Below the pieces are notes generated by a model. It saw only the letters and a list, made by a program, of their open reading frames with translations. It searched no databases and was not told where the DNA came from. From positions 1 to 49,337 of the forward strand of contig CAYZTY010000003.1 in assembly GCA_964481525.1 (NCBI GenBank): a stretch of DNA of 49,337 bases, read 5' to 3'. Shown here in pieces: positions 9,162-16,609 of the stretch. Numbering within the stretch: position 1 is the first letter of the stretch; each line of letters starts with the position of its first letter. Source of the stretch: an uncultured Pirellulales bacterium (GTDB lineage: Bacteria; Planctomycetota; Phycisphaerae; Sedimentisphaerales; CAYZTY01). Position numbers and translations under genes: made by a program.

Positions 9162-9188
9162 AATCGATAATTTGTATTGATTATTTAT
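9162..9188. repeat. AT-rich repeat copy a1 (aatcgataat..attgattatttat), left of ffs
   Basis: It shares aatcgataat and attgattatttat with the copy at 9375-9395. Relative to that copy it carries a 6-nt insertion. Confidence 0.7.
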
Positions 9189-9255
9189 CATTGATTCCTT
9201 ATCATTGGGAGAGCATTAAAAGTAGTCAATGGAAAATAGTCAATAATAAATTTTA

Positions 9256-9356
9256 CGGCCGGGTCCCATGCAAACTGAGCCCGCGAACCTGGTCAGGCGG
9301 GGAACCGAGCAGCCATAAGCGTGGTCCTCGGTTGTGCCGTGGGTTAACCCGGCCTT
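9256..9356 (+). ncRNA. ffs: Signal recognition particle RNA (small/4.5S type)
   Basis: A closing helix ggccgggt (9257-9264) pairs with acccggcc (9347-9354). The conserved helix-8 core CCUGGUCAGGCGGGGAACCGAGCAGCCAUAAGCG compares with E. coli CCAGGUCAGGUCCGGAAGGAAGCAGCCAAGGCAG. Its position upstream of dnaX is the classical ffs-dnaX-recR neighbourhood. Confidence 0.85.
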
Positions 9357-9361
9357 CTTTG

Positions 9362-9395
9362 ATTGATTATTGATAATCGATAATTGATTATTTAT
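9362..9395. repeat. AT-rich repeat copy a2, right of ffs
   Basis: The segment 9375-9395 (aatcgataattgattatttat) is a direct repeat of a1. The segment 9362-9390 (attgattattgataatcgataattgatta) is about 25/29 identical to the reverse complement of the 29-mer at 10488-10516. Confidence 0.7.
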
Positions 9396-9400
9396 AGGCG

Positions 9401-10081
9401 ATGCCAATGCTAAGGAAAAACAATAATTACAGAGAGCCTCTGAACCTCTTAAATGAAGTCGAAAAAGAAAATGAAAAGATTCCAAACGAGGCCTTTTTTA
9501 AAGACCCCGGGCATCAAAAGGACACAGAAAAATGGTGTGCATCAGTATTTGGGCTTGGTTATAGCCAGTACTGCAAAAAGTGCGTGGTTAAGGTCAATGA
9601 TTCTAAACGCGATACGTCGCCGGATTTCTTCCTTAAAGTAAACGGCCAAGTTTTTGAGTTTGAAGTTACTGAAGTACAAAAAGAAGGCAGAAAGAGAGGA
9701 AAATATTTTAAAGACCTGAACAATAATCCTCATTTATCAGAAGAATATAGACCTGAACATTGTCGCCAAGAAAGTCCCAGATTGATATATGAGGCGATAA
9801 AAAAGAAGGCTTCAAAATATTACGAAAACAACGGCAACTTAAATATACTTGCTTACGTAAATTTAGACACAGAAAATTTAGACAGAAATGAAATCCTTAA
9901 TAAATCAAAAGAATTCTTAAGTACGTTTGCATCTATATGGATTATCACCAACCTACAGATTTGCTCCATATTCTCAAACGATGTTTTAGGAAAAATCGAC
10001 GATTTTAAGGAAATAACGGAACTAAAGAATAGAAATCTCGACAGGTATGGGCTGCGGCTGGCACAGACAAATAATCAATAA
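9401..10081 (+). CDS. Hypothetical protein (orphan, low GC)
   Basis: 226-aa ORF bounded by the AT-rich repeats. The segment SPDFFLKVNGQVFEFEVTEVQK is weakly reminiscent of a PD-(D/E)xK nuclease core, but this is not convincing. Confidence 0.5.
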   Translation: MPMLRKNNNYREPLNLLNEVEKENEKIPNEAFFKDPGHQKDTEKWCASVFGLGYSQYCKKCVVKVNDSKRDTSPDFFLKVNGQVFEFEVTEVQKEGRKRGKYFKDLNNNPHLSEEYRPEHCRQESPRLIYEAIKKKASKYYENNGNLNILAYVNLDTENLDRNEILNKSKEFLSTFASIWIITNLQICSIFSNDVLGKIDDFKEITELKNRNLDRYGLRLAQTNNQ

Positions 10082-10100
10082 TCGTTAATCAATAATCAAT
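10072..10100 (+). repeat. 29-bp AT-rich repeat copy b1 (taatcaataatcGttaatcaataatcaat)
   Basis: Direct repeat of 10488-10516 with 1 mismatch. Internally it is a tandem of the 12-mer taatcaataatc. Confidence 0.85.
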
Positions 10101-10106
10101 TGAAAA

Positions 10107-10475
10107 ATGGACAAAGCTGAGCTTAAGGCGAGAACTAAAGAATTTGCTCATAGATGTGTTAAACTGAGCACTGCTGTGTCGAAAATTCCTCTGGGTAGAC
10201 ATATTCAGTCTCAATTGGTTAGAAGCGCGACTTCTGTTGCAGCAAATTACAGGGCTGCCTGTATAGCTCAGTCAAAAGCAGATTTTGCGTCCAAAATAAG
10301 TATCGTTACTGAAGAATGTGATGAATCCTGTTTTTGGCTGGAATTCATAATCGATGAAAAACTACTTAAACGAAATCAGGTTAATCCTCTTCTCAATGAA
10401 GGCAGAGAACTGACGGCAATTTTTATGGCCTCAAGAAAAACTATTAAGAACAGAAGTTTGGAATTTGTTGGTTAG
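10107..10475 (+). CDS. Four-helix-bundle protein (23S rRNA intervening-sequence protein / Avd-like family)
   Basis: 122 aa. The sequence FAHRCVKL...GRHIQSQLVRSATSVAANYRAA....KADFASKISIVTEECDESCFWLEF matches the pattern of the TIGR02436-type four-helix-bundle family. Confidence 0.85.
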   Translation: MDKAELKARTKEFAHRCVKLSTAVSKIPLGRHIQSQLVRSATSVAANYRAACIAQSKADFASKISIVTEECDESCFWLEFIIDEKLLKRNQVNPLLNEGRELTAIFMASRKTIKNRSLEFVG

Positions 10476-10487
10476 AATGAAAATTAA

Positions 10488-10516
10488 TAATCAATAATCA
10501 TTAATCAATAATCAAT
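10488..10516 (+). repeat. 29-bp AT-rich repeat copy b2 (taatcaataatcAttaatcaataatcaat)
   Basis: Direct repeat of 10072-10100. Its last 2 nt are the first 2 nt of the dnaX ATG (10515). Confidence 0.85.
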
Positions 10517-12194
10517 GTATACAGTACTGGCAAGAAGATACAGGTCGCAGAGGTTTGAGGAGGTTATAGGGCAGGGCGCAATAGCCCGGACGCTTACCAA
10601 CGCGATAAAAACCAACCGCGTTGCGCACGCATACCTTTTCACCGGGCCAAGAGGGGTGGGCAAGACCACGATGGCCCGAATTCTGGCCAAGGCCCTTAAC
10701 TGCCTTCAGGCCCAAGAACCCACAAGTGAGCCCTGCTGTAAATGTGAAAGTTGTGTTGCCATCAACGCCGGTGATGATATCGACGTAATCGAAATAGACG
10801 GCGCATCGAATACCAGTGTCGATGACGTCCGTCAATTGCGCGAGAACGCAATCTACAGGCCCGCACGCGCGCGGTTCAAAATCTATATCATTGACGAAGT
10901 CCACATGCTCAGCACTTCAGCCTTCAATGCTCTATTGAAACTTCTCGAAGAGCCGCCCACACACATAAAATTCATCTTCGCCACCACACAGCCCAACAAG
11001 GTATTACTGACAGTTCAGTCCAGGTGCCAGAGATTTGATTTTAAAAACATCAGCTCCACCGAAATAGCCAAACAGTTAAAGCACATACTCAAAACAGAGA
11101 AAATAAAATTCGAGGATGAGCTGGTTGTGGCGGTGGCAAGACTGGCAAATGGCTCAATGAGAGATGCGCTGAGCCTGTTAGACCAGCTTATCAGCACCGG
11201 CATTGAGCCGTTGGCCTTTTCTATGCTCGAGGAGTTTCTCGGGCAGCCGGATATCGAAAAAATCCATAATCTCGTTGAGAAAATTGCGGCAGGCGATGCA
11301 GGCCAGAGTCTGGCTGCAATCGATGATTTGCTGGCGGGTGGGCAATCCGCCGTACAATTAGTGGTCTCGACCATCGACTATATGCGGGACTTGATGGTGC
11401 TGAAATACGATGCCGATGCTACCGAGCTTTTGGTGGTAATGCCGGACGGCCGTGAAGAAGCCTGCCGATTGGCCGAGGAATTTGATATGCCCGGCCTTAT
11501 TTACAATATAACCTCACTCGAGAAGCTCCGCTGGACCATCAGGAGCTGCGACAATCCGAGAGCGCTTCTGGAAGCAACGATGCTGAGGTTGACCCTGAGC
11601 GAGCATTTTCTGGACGTTACCGAACTTCTTTCGCAACGAAAAGAGCAGCCGACCAAAACCACAAGCGAAGTAAAAAAAAAATTAACTGAGCCTGTGAACG
11701 CCGCCGGCAGCCAAACAGGTCAGCAGAAAAAAGCCTCTACGCAAACTGATTCAATGCAACAGGCTGAACCTGTAACACAGGGCAGGCTTCAGTTATCTTC
11801 CATAAAAAGCAACTGGCAAACAATCCTGAAGACGATTGAAAGCAAGGCTGCCAATATCGCTGCAAAGATGGCTGACGCCGTTCCCCACAGCCTGGATAAT
11901 GACGGGACGCTGACGCTTTCGTTCCCGCCGTGGGCGGCTATGGCAAAGGCCTTGTGCGAAAATGGCAGCGTTACTACACAAATACAATCGCTACTGAGTC
12001 AGATACTCGACTCACCGGTGAAGGTGCGCTTCACTATTGGGCAGACTGAGGTCAACGGTGAACAGAATGCAAAAAAACCGAGAAAAACAGGTAAGCTCAG
12101 CCAGAAGGAAGTGAATGATATTGTCAATGACCCCGCAGTAAAAACGATATTGATGGACCTCGACGCCAGCATTACCGACGTCCAGCCGCCATAA
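10515..12194 (+). CDS. dnaX: DNA polymerase III subunit tau (gamma/tau)
   Basis: RPQRFEEVIGQ-type N-terminus, Walker A GPRGVGKTT, a Zn module (CxxC...CxxC), IIDEVHML and SRCQRFDF. Confidence 0.95.
   Translation: MYTVLARRYRSQRFEEVIGQGAIARTLTNAIKTNRVAHAYLFTGPRGVGKTTMARILAKALNCLQAQEPTSEPCCKCESCVAINAGDDIDVIEIDGASNTSVDDVRQLRENAIYRPARARFKIYIIDEVHMLSTSAFNALLKLLEEPPTHIKFIFATTQPNKVLLTVQSRCQRFDFKNISSTEIAKQLKHILKTEKIKFEDELVVAVARLANGSMRDALSLLDQLISTGIEPLAFSMLEEFLGQPDIEKIHNLVEKIAAGDAGQSLAAIDDLLAGGQSAVQLVVSTIDYMRDLMVLKYDADATELLVVMPDGREEACRLAEEFDMPGLIYNITSLEKLRWTIRSCDNPRALLEATMLRLTLSEHFLDVTELLSQRKEQPTKTTSEVKKKLTEPVNAAGSQTGQQKKASTQTDSMQQAEPVTQGRLQLSSIKSNWQTILKTIESKAANIAAKMADAVPHSLDNDGTLTLSFPPWAAMAKALCENGSVTTQIQSLLSQILDSPVKVRFTIGQTEVNGEQNAKKPRKTGKLSQKEVNDIVNDPAVKTILMDLDASITDVQPP
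11672..11689 (+). other. A10 homopolymer in dnaX followed by stops in the +1 and -1 frames (candidate recoding/slippage site)
   Basis: The zero frame reads gta aaa aaa aaa tta act gag. The +1 frame reads taa at 11683-11685. The -1 frame reads att aac tga, with the stop at 11687-11689. Confidence 0.4.
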
Positions 12195-12257
12195 GATATT
12201 GCACACTTATTGAGATGTTTGATAAAAAACCTTAAAAATTTCAATTATGGCTTTGTT

Positions 12258-12863
12258 ATGAATCAGGCATATTCGAAAAGTTTAAACATACTTATTGAAC
12301 AGCTTGGTAAGCTGCCGGGTATCGGCCCAAAGACGGCGGAAAGACTGGCGTTTTATATCCTGAAAACCCAGCCCAAAGAAGCGCTTGCTCTCGCCCAGGC
12401 CATTACGGCTGTCAAAAACAATATCAAACGCTGCAAAATCTGTAACAACCTGGCTGAGGGAGAAACCTGTTCGATATGCTCCGACCCGCGACGCGACAAA
12501 AGCGTTGTTTGTGTTGTTGAGCAGCCGAAAGACCTAATAAGTCTCGAAAAAACAGGAATTTGCAAGTGGAGTTATCATGTACTGGGCGGTCATATCGCAC
12601 CGCTTGAAGGCATTGAGCCGGGTGATTTAAATATCGAAAGCCTTCTGAAACGTGTCCGCAGCGGCTCGGTAGTGGAGCTGGTAATGGCCACTAATCCGAA
12701 TATCGACGGCGACGCCACAGCTTTACACATAGCTTCGCTAGTCAAGCCGATGGATGTAAAAATAACTCGCCTGGCCAGAGGTCTGCCCAGCGGCAGCACC
12801 ATCGAATTCGCCGGAGGTCCGATTTTGGCAGAGGCGATTCGCGGCAGGCAGCAGATAGACTAA
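12258..12863 (+). CDS. recR: Recombination protein RecR
   Basis: LPGIGPKTAERLAFYIL helix-hairpin-helix, a C4 zinc finger (CKICNN...CSICSD) and a Toprim region. The start was chosen at the ATG at 12258. Confidence 0.95.
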   Translation: MNQAYSKSLNILIEQLGKLPGIGPKTAERLAFYILKTQPKEALALAQAITAVKNNIKRCKICNNLAEGETCSICSDPRRDKSVVCVVEQPKDLISLEKTGICKWSYHVLGGHIAPLEGIEPGDLNIESLLKRVRSGSVVELVMATNPNIDGDATALHIASLVKPMDVKITRLARGLPSGSTIEFAGGPILAEAIRGRQQID

Positions 12864-13017
12864 ATCCTGCAAGCCAATTGAGCAAAGTTTTCAACATCCC
12901 TCACATTTTACCGAGGTTTTATGGTATAATATAGTAGCCGATAGTACGGATATTCAGGAAAAAGAGCGATAAGGTAGAAAGAAATCGTAATGCCAATATT
13001 GCTGCGGTAGTTTTGCT

Positions 13018-14484
13018 ATGAAATTGAGTATGACAGGGCAGATGCGGATGGAGCAGCGGATGAAGCTTGCTCCTCGAATGATTCAATCGATGGAGATACT
13101 GCAACTGCCGCTGCTTGCCCTTCAGGAGAGAATTGACCAGGAATTAAACAGCAATCCGGTACTTGAACCGACCGAGCCGACCGGCCCTGCAGAGCCTTCA
13201 GAACAGCAAAGCGACGATGATATGGGCGAACAGGATTTAATTGTCAACCAGGACAACAACAAGATTGAAGATTTTCAACGTCTCGACAATCTCGACGATG
13301 ATTTTCGTGAATATACGCACCGGGCGGGGCCTTTGCAGGTTTACGGCCGGGCGGATGAGCCCGACAAAAAACTCGAAGCAATGAAAAACACCGCCGCTCA
13401 GCCCAATTCACTGCACGAATATCTCGTGGAGCAATGGGGATTAGTTGAGGCCGAACCACCGGTCAAAAAAGCCGGACGACTCATTATCGATTATATCGAC
13501 GAAAAAGGATACCTGTCCGTAAGACTCGAACAACTGCACAACAAGGACAGGACGGATTTCAATCTTGAGCATTTAAAAAAGGCCTTATCGCTTGTTCAGA
13601 AGTTAGACCCTCCGGGCGTCGGCGCCAGAGACCTTAAGGAATCTCTACTGATTCAGATGCAACAGAGTCCCGATGATTTCAGCTTCGAAGGTTGCCTAAT
13701 CGAAGAATATATGAACGAACTACTTGAGAATCGACTGCCGGAAATCGCAAAAAAAATGGACTGCAGCATCGAAAGAATCTACAAGGCCATCACTCATCTC
13801 AGCAAACTTGACACCTCACCGGGCCTGCAGGTAGGGCCAGCCTCGAACCACGCTATAACATCGGAGATAATAGTGGAGCCCGATGAGGACGGCACCGATT
13901 ATTCCGTAAGGCTTGCCAGCGACCGTCTGCCGAACCTGAGAATAAGCAATTTTTATATGAAACTGGCAAAGAACCAGAACACTGACGAGGAGACGAAGCA
14001 GTTCCTGAAAAAAAATATACGCTCGGCACAGTGGTTCATAGACGCCATCGCCCAGCGCAAGGGGACTTTGTTGAGGGTGGCAAAATCCGTAGTGGCACAC
14101 CAGAAAGAATTTTTCGACAAGGGCCAGCTTTTTCTAAAACCCCTTCCGATGTCTAAAATCGCCGACGAACTCGGTATCCATATTGCGACCGTCTCAAGAG
14201 CGGTCGCGGGCAAATACCTGCAGTCTCCCCAGGGCATCCTGCCGCTTCGCAGGTTTTTCGCAGGCGGAATACAAACAGAAGACGGCAAAAGCCGCAGCTG
14301 GCACGCAGTAAGGGCAAAACTGCGACAGATAGTTGAACAGGAAGACAAGGCCAAGCCCCTTAACGACGACGAAATTCGAAAGAAAATGGCCGAAGTGGGC
14401 TTCCACAACATCGCACGCCGAACTGTGGCAAAATATCGCAGGCTGCTCAATATCCCGGCGGCAAGATTCAGAAAAAAATATTAA
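13018..14484 (+). CDS. rpoN: RNA polymerase sigma-54 factor
   Basis: N-terminal Gln/Leu-rich region (MRMEQRMKLAPRMIQSMEILQLP), an HTH (IHIATVSRAV) and the RpoN box ARRTVAKYR. Confidence 0.95.
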   Translation: MKLSMTGQMRMEQRMKLAPRMIQSMEILQLPLLALQERIDQELNSNPVLEPTEPTGPAEPSEQQSDDDMGEQDLIVNQDNNKIEDFQRLDNLDDDFREYTHRAGPLQVYGRADEPDKKLEAMKNTAAQPNSLHEYLVEQWGLVEAEPPVKKAGRLIIDYIDEKGYLSVRLEQLHNKDRTDFNLEHLKKALSLVQKLDPPGVGARDLKESLLIQMQQSPDDFSFEGCLIEEYMNELLENRLPEIAKKMDCSIERIYKAITHLSKLDTSPGLQVGPASNHAITSEIIVEPDEDGTDYSVRLASDRLPNLRISNFYMKLAKNQNTDEETKQFLKKNIRSAQWFIDAIAQRKGTLLRVAKSVVAHQKEFFDKGQLFLKPLPMSKIADELGIHIATVSRAVAGKYLQSPQGILPLRRFFAGGIQTEDGKSRSWHAVRAKLRQIVEQEDKAKPLNDDEIRKKMAEVGFHNIARRTVAKYRRLLNIPAARFRKKY

Positions 14485-14515
14485 ACCAACCATTAACACC
14501 AAGCCTGAAAATTCC

Positions 14516-14544
14516 TTGTCACGCTTTGACCAGGACGGTATAAT
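14516..14544 (+). promoter_or_regulatory. Sigma-70-type promoter candidate for the thi leader
   Basis: TTGTCA (14516-14521), a 17-nt spacer, then TATAAT (14539-14544), about 15 nt upstream of the riboswitch. Confidence 0.5.
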
Positions 14545-14559
14545 GCAATAGACAATATG

Positions 14560-14660
14560 ATTGCCAGGGGAGCAATAGTCCGGTGCTATTGCTGAGAAAT
14601 CCCGATAAATCGGGATGACCCTAAGAACCTGATCAGGTTAATACCTGCGAAGGGAGGCGG
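14560..14660 (+). promoter_or_regulatory. TPP (THI-box) riboswitch
   Basis: Conserved elements gggagc...gcugaga...acccuaagaaccugaucagguuaauaccugcgaagggag. It is followed by a terminator and then thiS-thiG. Confidence 0.9.
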
Positions 14661-14675
14661 CTGTAAAATATATGA

Positions 14676-14706
14676 AACGCTCCTCTATGGCAGGAGCGTT
14701 TTTTTG
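14676..14706 (+). terminator. Intrinsic terminator (riboswitch expression platform)
   Basis: Stem aacgctcct pairing with aggagcgtt, followed by a T-run (ttttttt). Confidence 0.75.
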
Positions 14707-14748
14707 TGGCCGTTGCGATGAACTAAAAATCACTTGCGGACCGGAAAA

Positions 14749-14961
14749 ATGGAGTTGCTTAAAATAAATGGTATCGAAAAAGAGTTTGCCGCTGGCCAGC
14801 TGCCAGCCACACTCTCAGAGCTTTTAGTCCTGCTCGAAATTAACCAGGCTGCCGTCGTCTCAGAGCTGGACGGTCAAATCATCGAACGCAAAGACTTCGG
14901 CACAACCGGCCTAAAGGCCGGCCAATCAATTGAGATAATCCGCTTTGTCGGAGGAGGTTAA
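14749..14961 (+). CDS. thiS: Sulfur carrier protein ThiS
   Basis: 70 aa ending ...[10 protein letters not shown] (C-terminal Gly-Gly). It lies directly upstream of thiG. The start was chosen at the ATG at 14749. Confidence 0.85.
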   Translation: MELLKINGIEKEFAAGQLPATLSELLVLLEINQAAVVSELDGQIIERKDFGTTGLKAGQSIEIIRFVGGG

Positions 14962-14965
14962 AACT

Positions 14966-15739
14966 ATGGATGAGCTTATAATTGCAGAGAAGAAATTCAG
15001 CTCACGCCTGCTTATCGGCACCGGCAAGTTCGCCTCCAACGAGATTATGGCAACGGCGATTGAGGCGTCCGGAACACAGATAGTTACCGTTGCGCTGCGA
15101 AGGGTCGATATAAATAATCCAACCGATGAGTTTCTTGCCGCAATCGACCGAGATAAATACCTGCTGCTGCCAAACACTTCCGGCGCTCGCGACGCCGCTG
15201 AGGCGATACGTCTGGCGCGTCTGGCCAGGGCGGCGACGGGAATAAACTGGCTCAAGCTCGAGGTTACGCCCGACCCATACTATCTTCTGCCGGACCCGGT
15301 CGAGACCTTAAAGGCGGCAGAGAGCCTTATTAAAGAAGGCTTCGTAGTCCTGCCGTATATCAACGCCGACCCAGTGCTGGCGAAAAAACTCGAAGATATA
15401 GGGACCGCCACGGTAATGCCATTAGCCAGCCCAATCGGCTCGAACCAGGGCCTTAAGGCACGGGCCTCGCTTGAGATAATAATCAGCCAGGCAAATGTTC
15501 CTGTTGTTGTCGATGCAGGACTCGGGCTTCCCTCGCACGCAGCCGATGCAATGGAGATGGGAGCCGACGCTGTTCTGGTAAATACCGCCATCGCCACCGC
15601 AGCCGACCCGCCGGCAATGGCGGAGGCCTTCAAACTGGCAGTAATAGCGGGACGCACGGCGTTTATCTCAGGCGCTGCTCCCGAAAGCGGCCGAGCAAGT
15701 GCATCAAGTCCATTGACCGGCTTTCTAAGAGATGAATAA
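14966..15739 (+). CDS. thiG: Thiazole synthase
   Basis: [18 protein letters not shown]...LLPDP and [12 protein letters not shown] motifs. GGAGG lies upstream of the ATG at 14966. Confidence 0.95.
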   Translation: MDELIIAEKKFSSRLLIGTGKFASNEIMATAIEASGTQIVTVALRRVDINNPTDEFLAAIDRDKYLLLPNTSGARDAAEAIRLARLARAATGINWLKLEVTPDPYYLLPDPVETLKAAESLIKEGFVVLPYINADPVLAKKLEDIGTATVMPLASPIGSNQGLKARASLEIIISQANVPVVVDAGLGLPSHAADAMEMGADAVLVNTAIATAADPPAMAEAFKLAVIAGRTAFISGAAPESGRASASSPLTGFLRDE

Positions 15740-15772
15740 AATAGAGTTGTTCGTACAAGGTACATAACAAAA

Positions 15773-16600
15773 ATGAAGTTCTGGAAATACCACGCGTTGG
15801 GAAATGACTATATAGTGCTGGATTCAAGTCAGCTACTAACAGAGAAGCAAATCCGCACGATTTGTCACCGTAATTACGGCGTTGGCTCGGACGGAGTGCT
15901 GTGCTGGTCGCAGGGAAGGGAAGGAGTGGATTTTACTCTGCGAATATTCAATCCGGACGGCAGTGAGGCCGAAAAAAGCGGCAACGGCATAAGAATCTTT
16001 GCGCGTTTTCTGTGGGACCAGGATAAAGTCGGCCGCGAGGAGTTCTCAATCCTTACGGCAGGGGGGCTTGTAAAGGCAAAAGTGCATAAAGACGGCAGAA
16101 GTGTAACGGTTGATATGGGCCGGGTGAGTTTTGATAGCACACAGATACCGGTTACGGGTCCGCGACGGGAAGTTATAAACGAAACAATGGAAGTCGAAGG
16201 CCAGATTGTTCAGTACTGTGCAGCTACAATCGGCAACCCACATTGCGTTTTGTTATGTGATGAGGTGTCTGAGGAAAAGGCGAGATTGCTGGGGCCAGCG
16301 ATTGAGTGCGACCCGTGTTTTCCCAACCGAACCAATGTTCAGCTTATGAAAGTTATTGACCGCCGCAATATCAGGATAGAGATTTGGGAAAGAGGCGCAG
16401 GATATACTCTTGCATCAGGCAGCAGCAGTTGTGCCGCTGCCGCGGTCGCCAGCAAACTGGACCTGTGCGGCCCCGATATAACCGTACACATGCCCGGCGG
16501 TGAGATTGAGATAGTCGTCGGAGACGATTTTTCCATACAAATGACCGGGCCGGTTACACGGATAGCCGAGGGTGTGATGTCTGATGAGATTTTCGAGTGA
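15773..16600 (+). CDS. Diaminopimelate epimerase-fold protein (atypical: Ser at both catalytic Cys positions)
   Basis: DapF motifs KYHALGNDY, FNPDGSEAEKSGNGIRIFARF, GNPHCVL and WERGAGYTLASGSSSCAAA. The residues aligned to E. coli Cys73 and Cys217 are Ser69 and Ser215. Confidence 0.8.
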   Translation: MKFWKYHALGNDYIVLDSSQLLTEKQIRTICHRNYGVGSDGVLCWSQGREGVDFTLRIFNPDGSEAEKSGNGIRIFARFLWDQDKVGREEFSILTAGGLVKAKVHKDGRSVTVDMGRVSFDSTQIPVTGPRREVINETMEVEGQIVQYCAATIGNPHCVLLCDEVSEEKARLLGPAIECDPCFPNRTNVQLMKVIDRRNIRIEIWERGAGYTLASGSSSCAAAAVASKLDLCGPDITVHMPGGEIEIVVGDDFSIQMTGPVTRIAEGVMSDEIFE

Positions 16601-16609
16601 GCTCTTAAA

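Noticed and set aside
9191-9485. ORFs 9191-9373 (+) and 9240-9485 (-) overlapping the ffs region.
   Set aside because: The region folds and reads as SRP RNA with the conserved helix-8 core, so the ORFs are incidental.
10107-10475. Whether the Avd-like four-helix-bundle gene marks a diversity-generating retroelement.
   Set aside because: There is no reverse transcriptase gene and no template/variable repeat pair anywhere in the window.
10072-10516. Whether the 29-bp direct repeats are a mini-CRISPR array.
   Set aside because: There are only two direct copies, the 387-bp interval is a protein-coding gene, the repeats are AT-rich tandem 12-mers, and no cas genes are in the window.
12195-12257. 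Absence of ybaB/ebfC between dnaX and recR.
   Set aside because: Only 63 nt separate the two genes and there is no decayed ORF. The gene is simply elsewhere or absent, so this is a synteny variation and not a feature.
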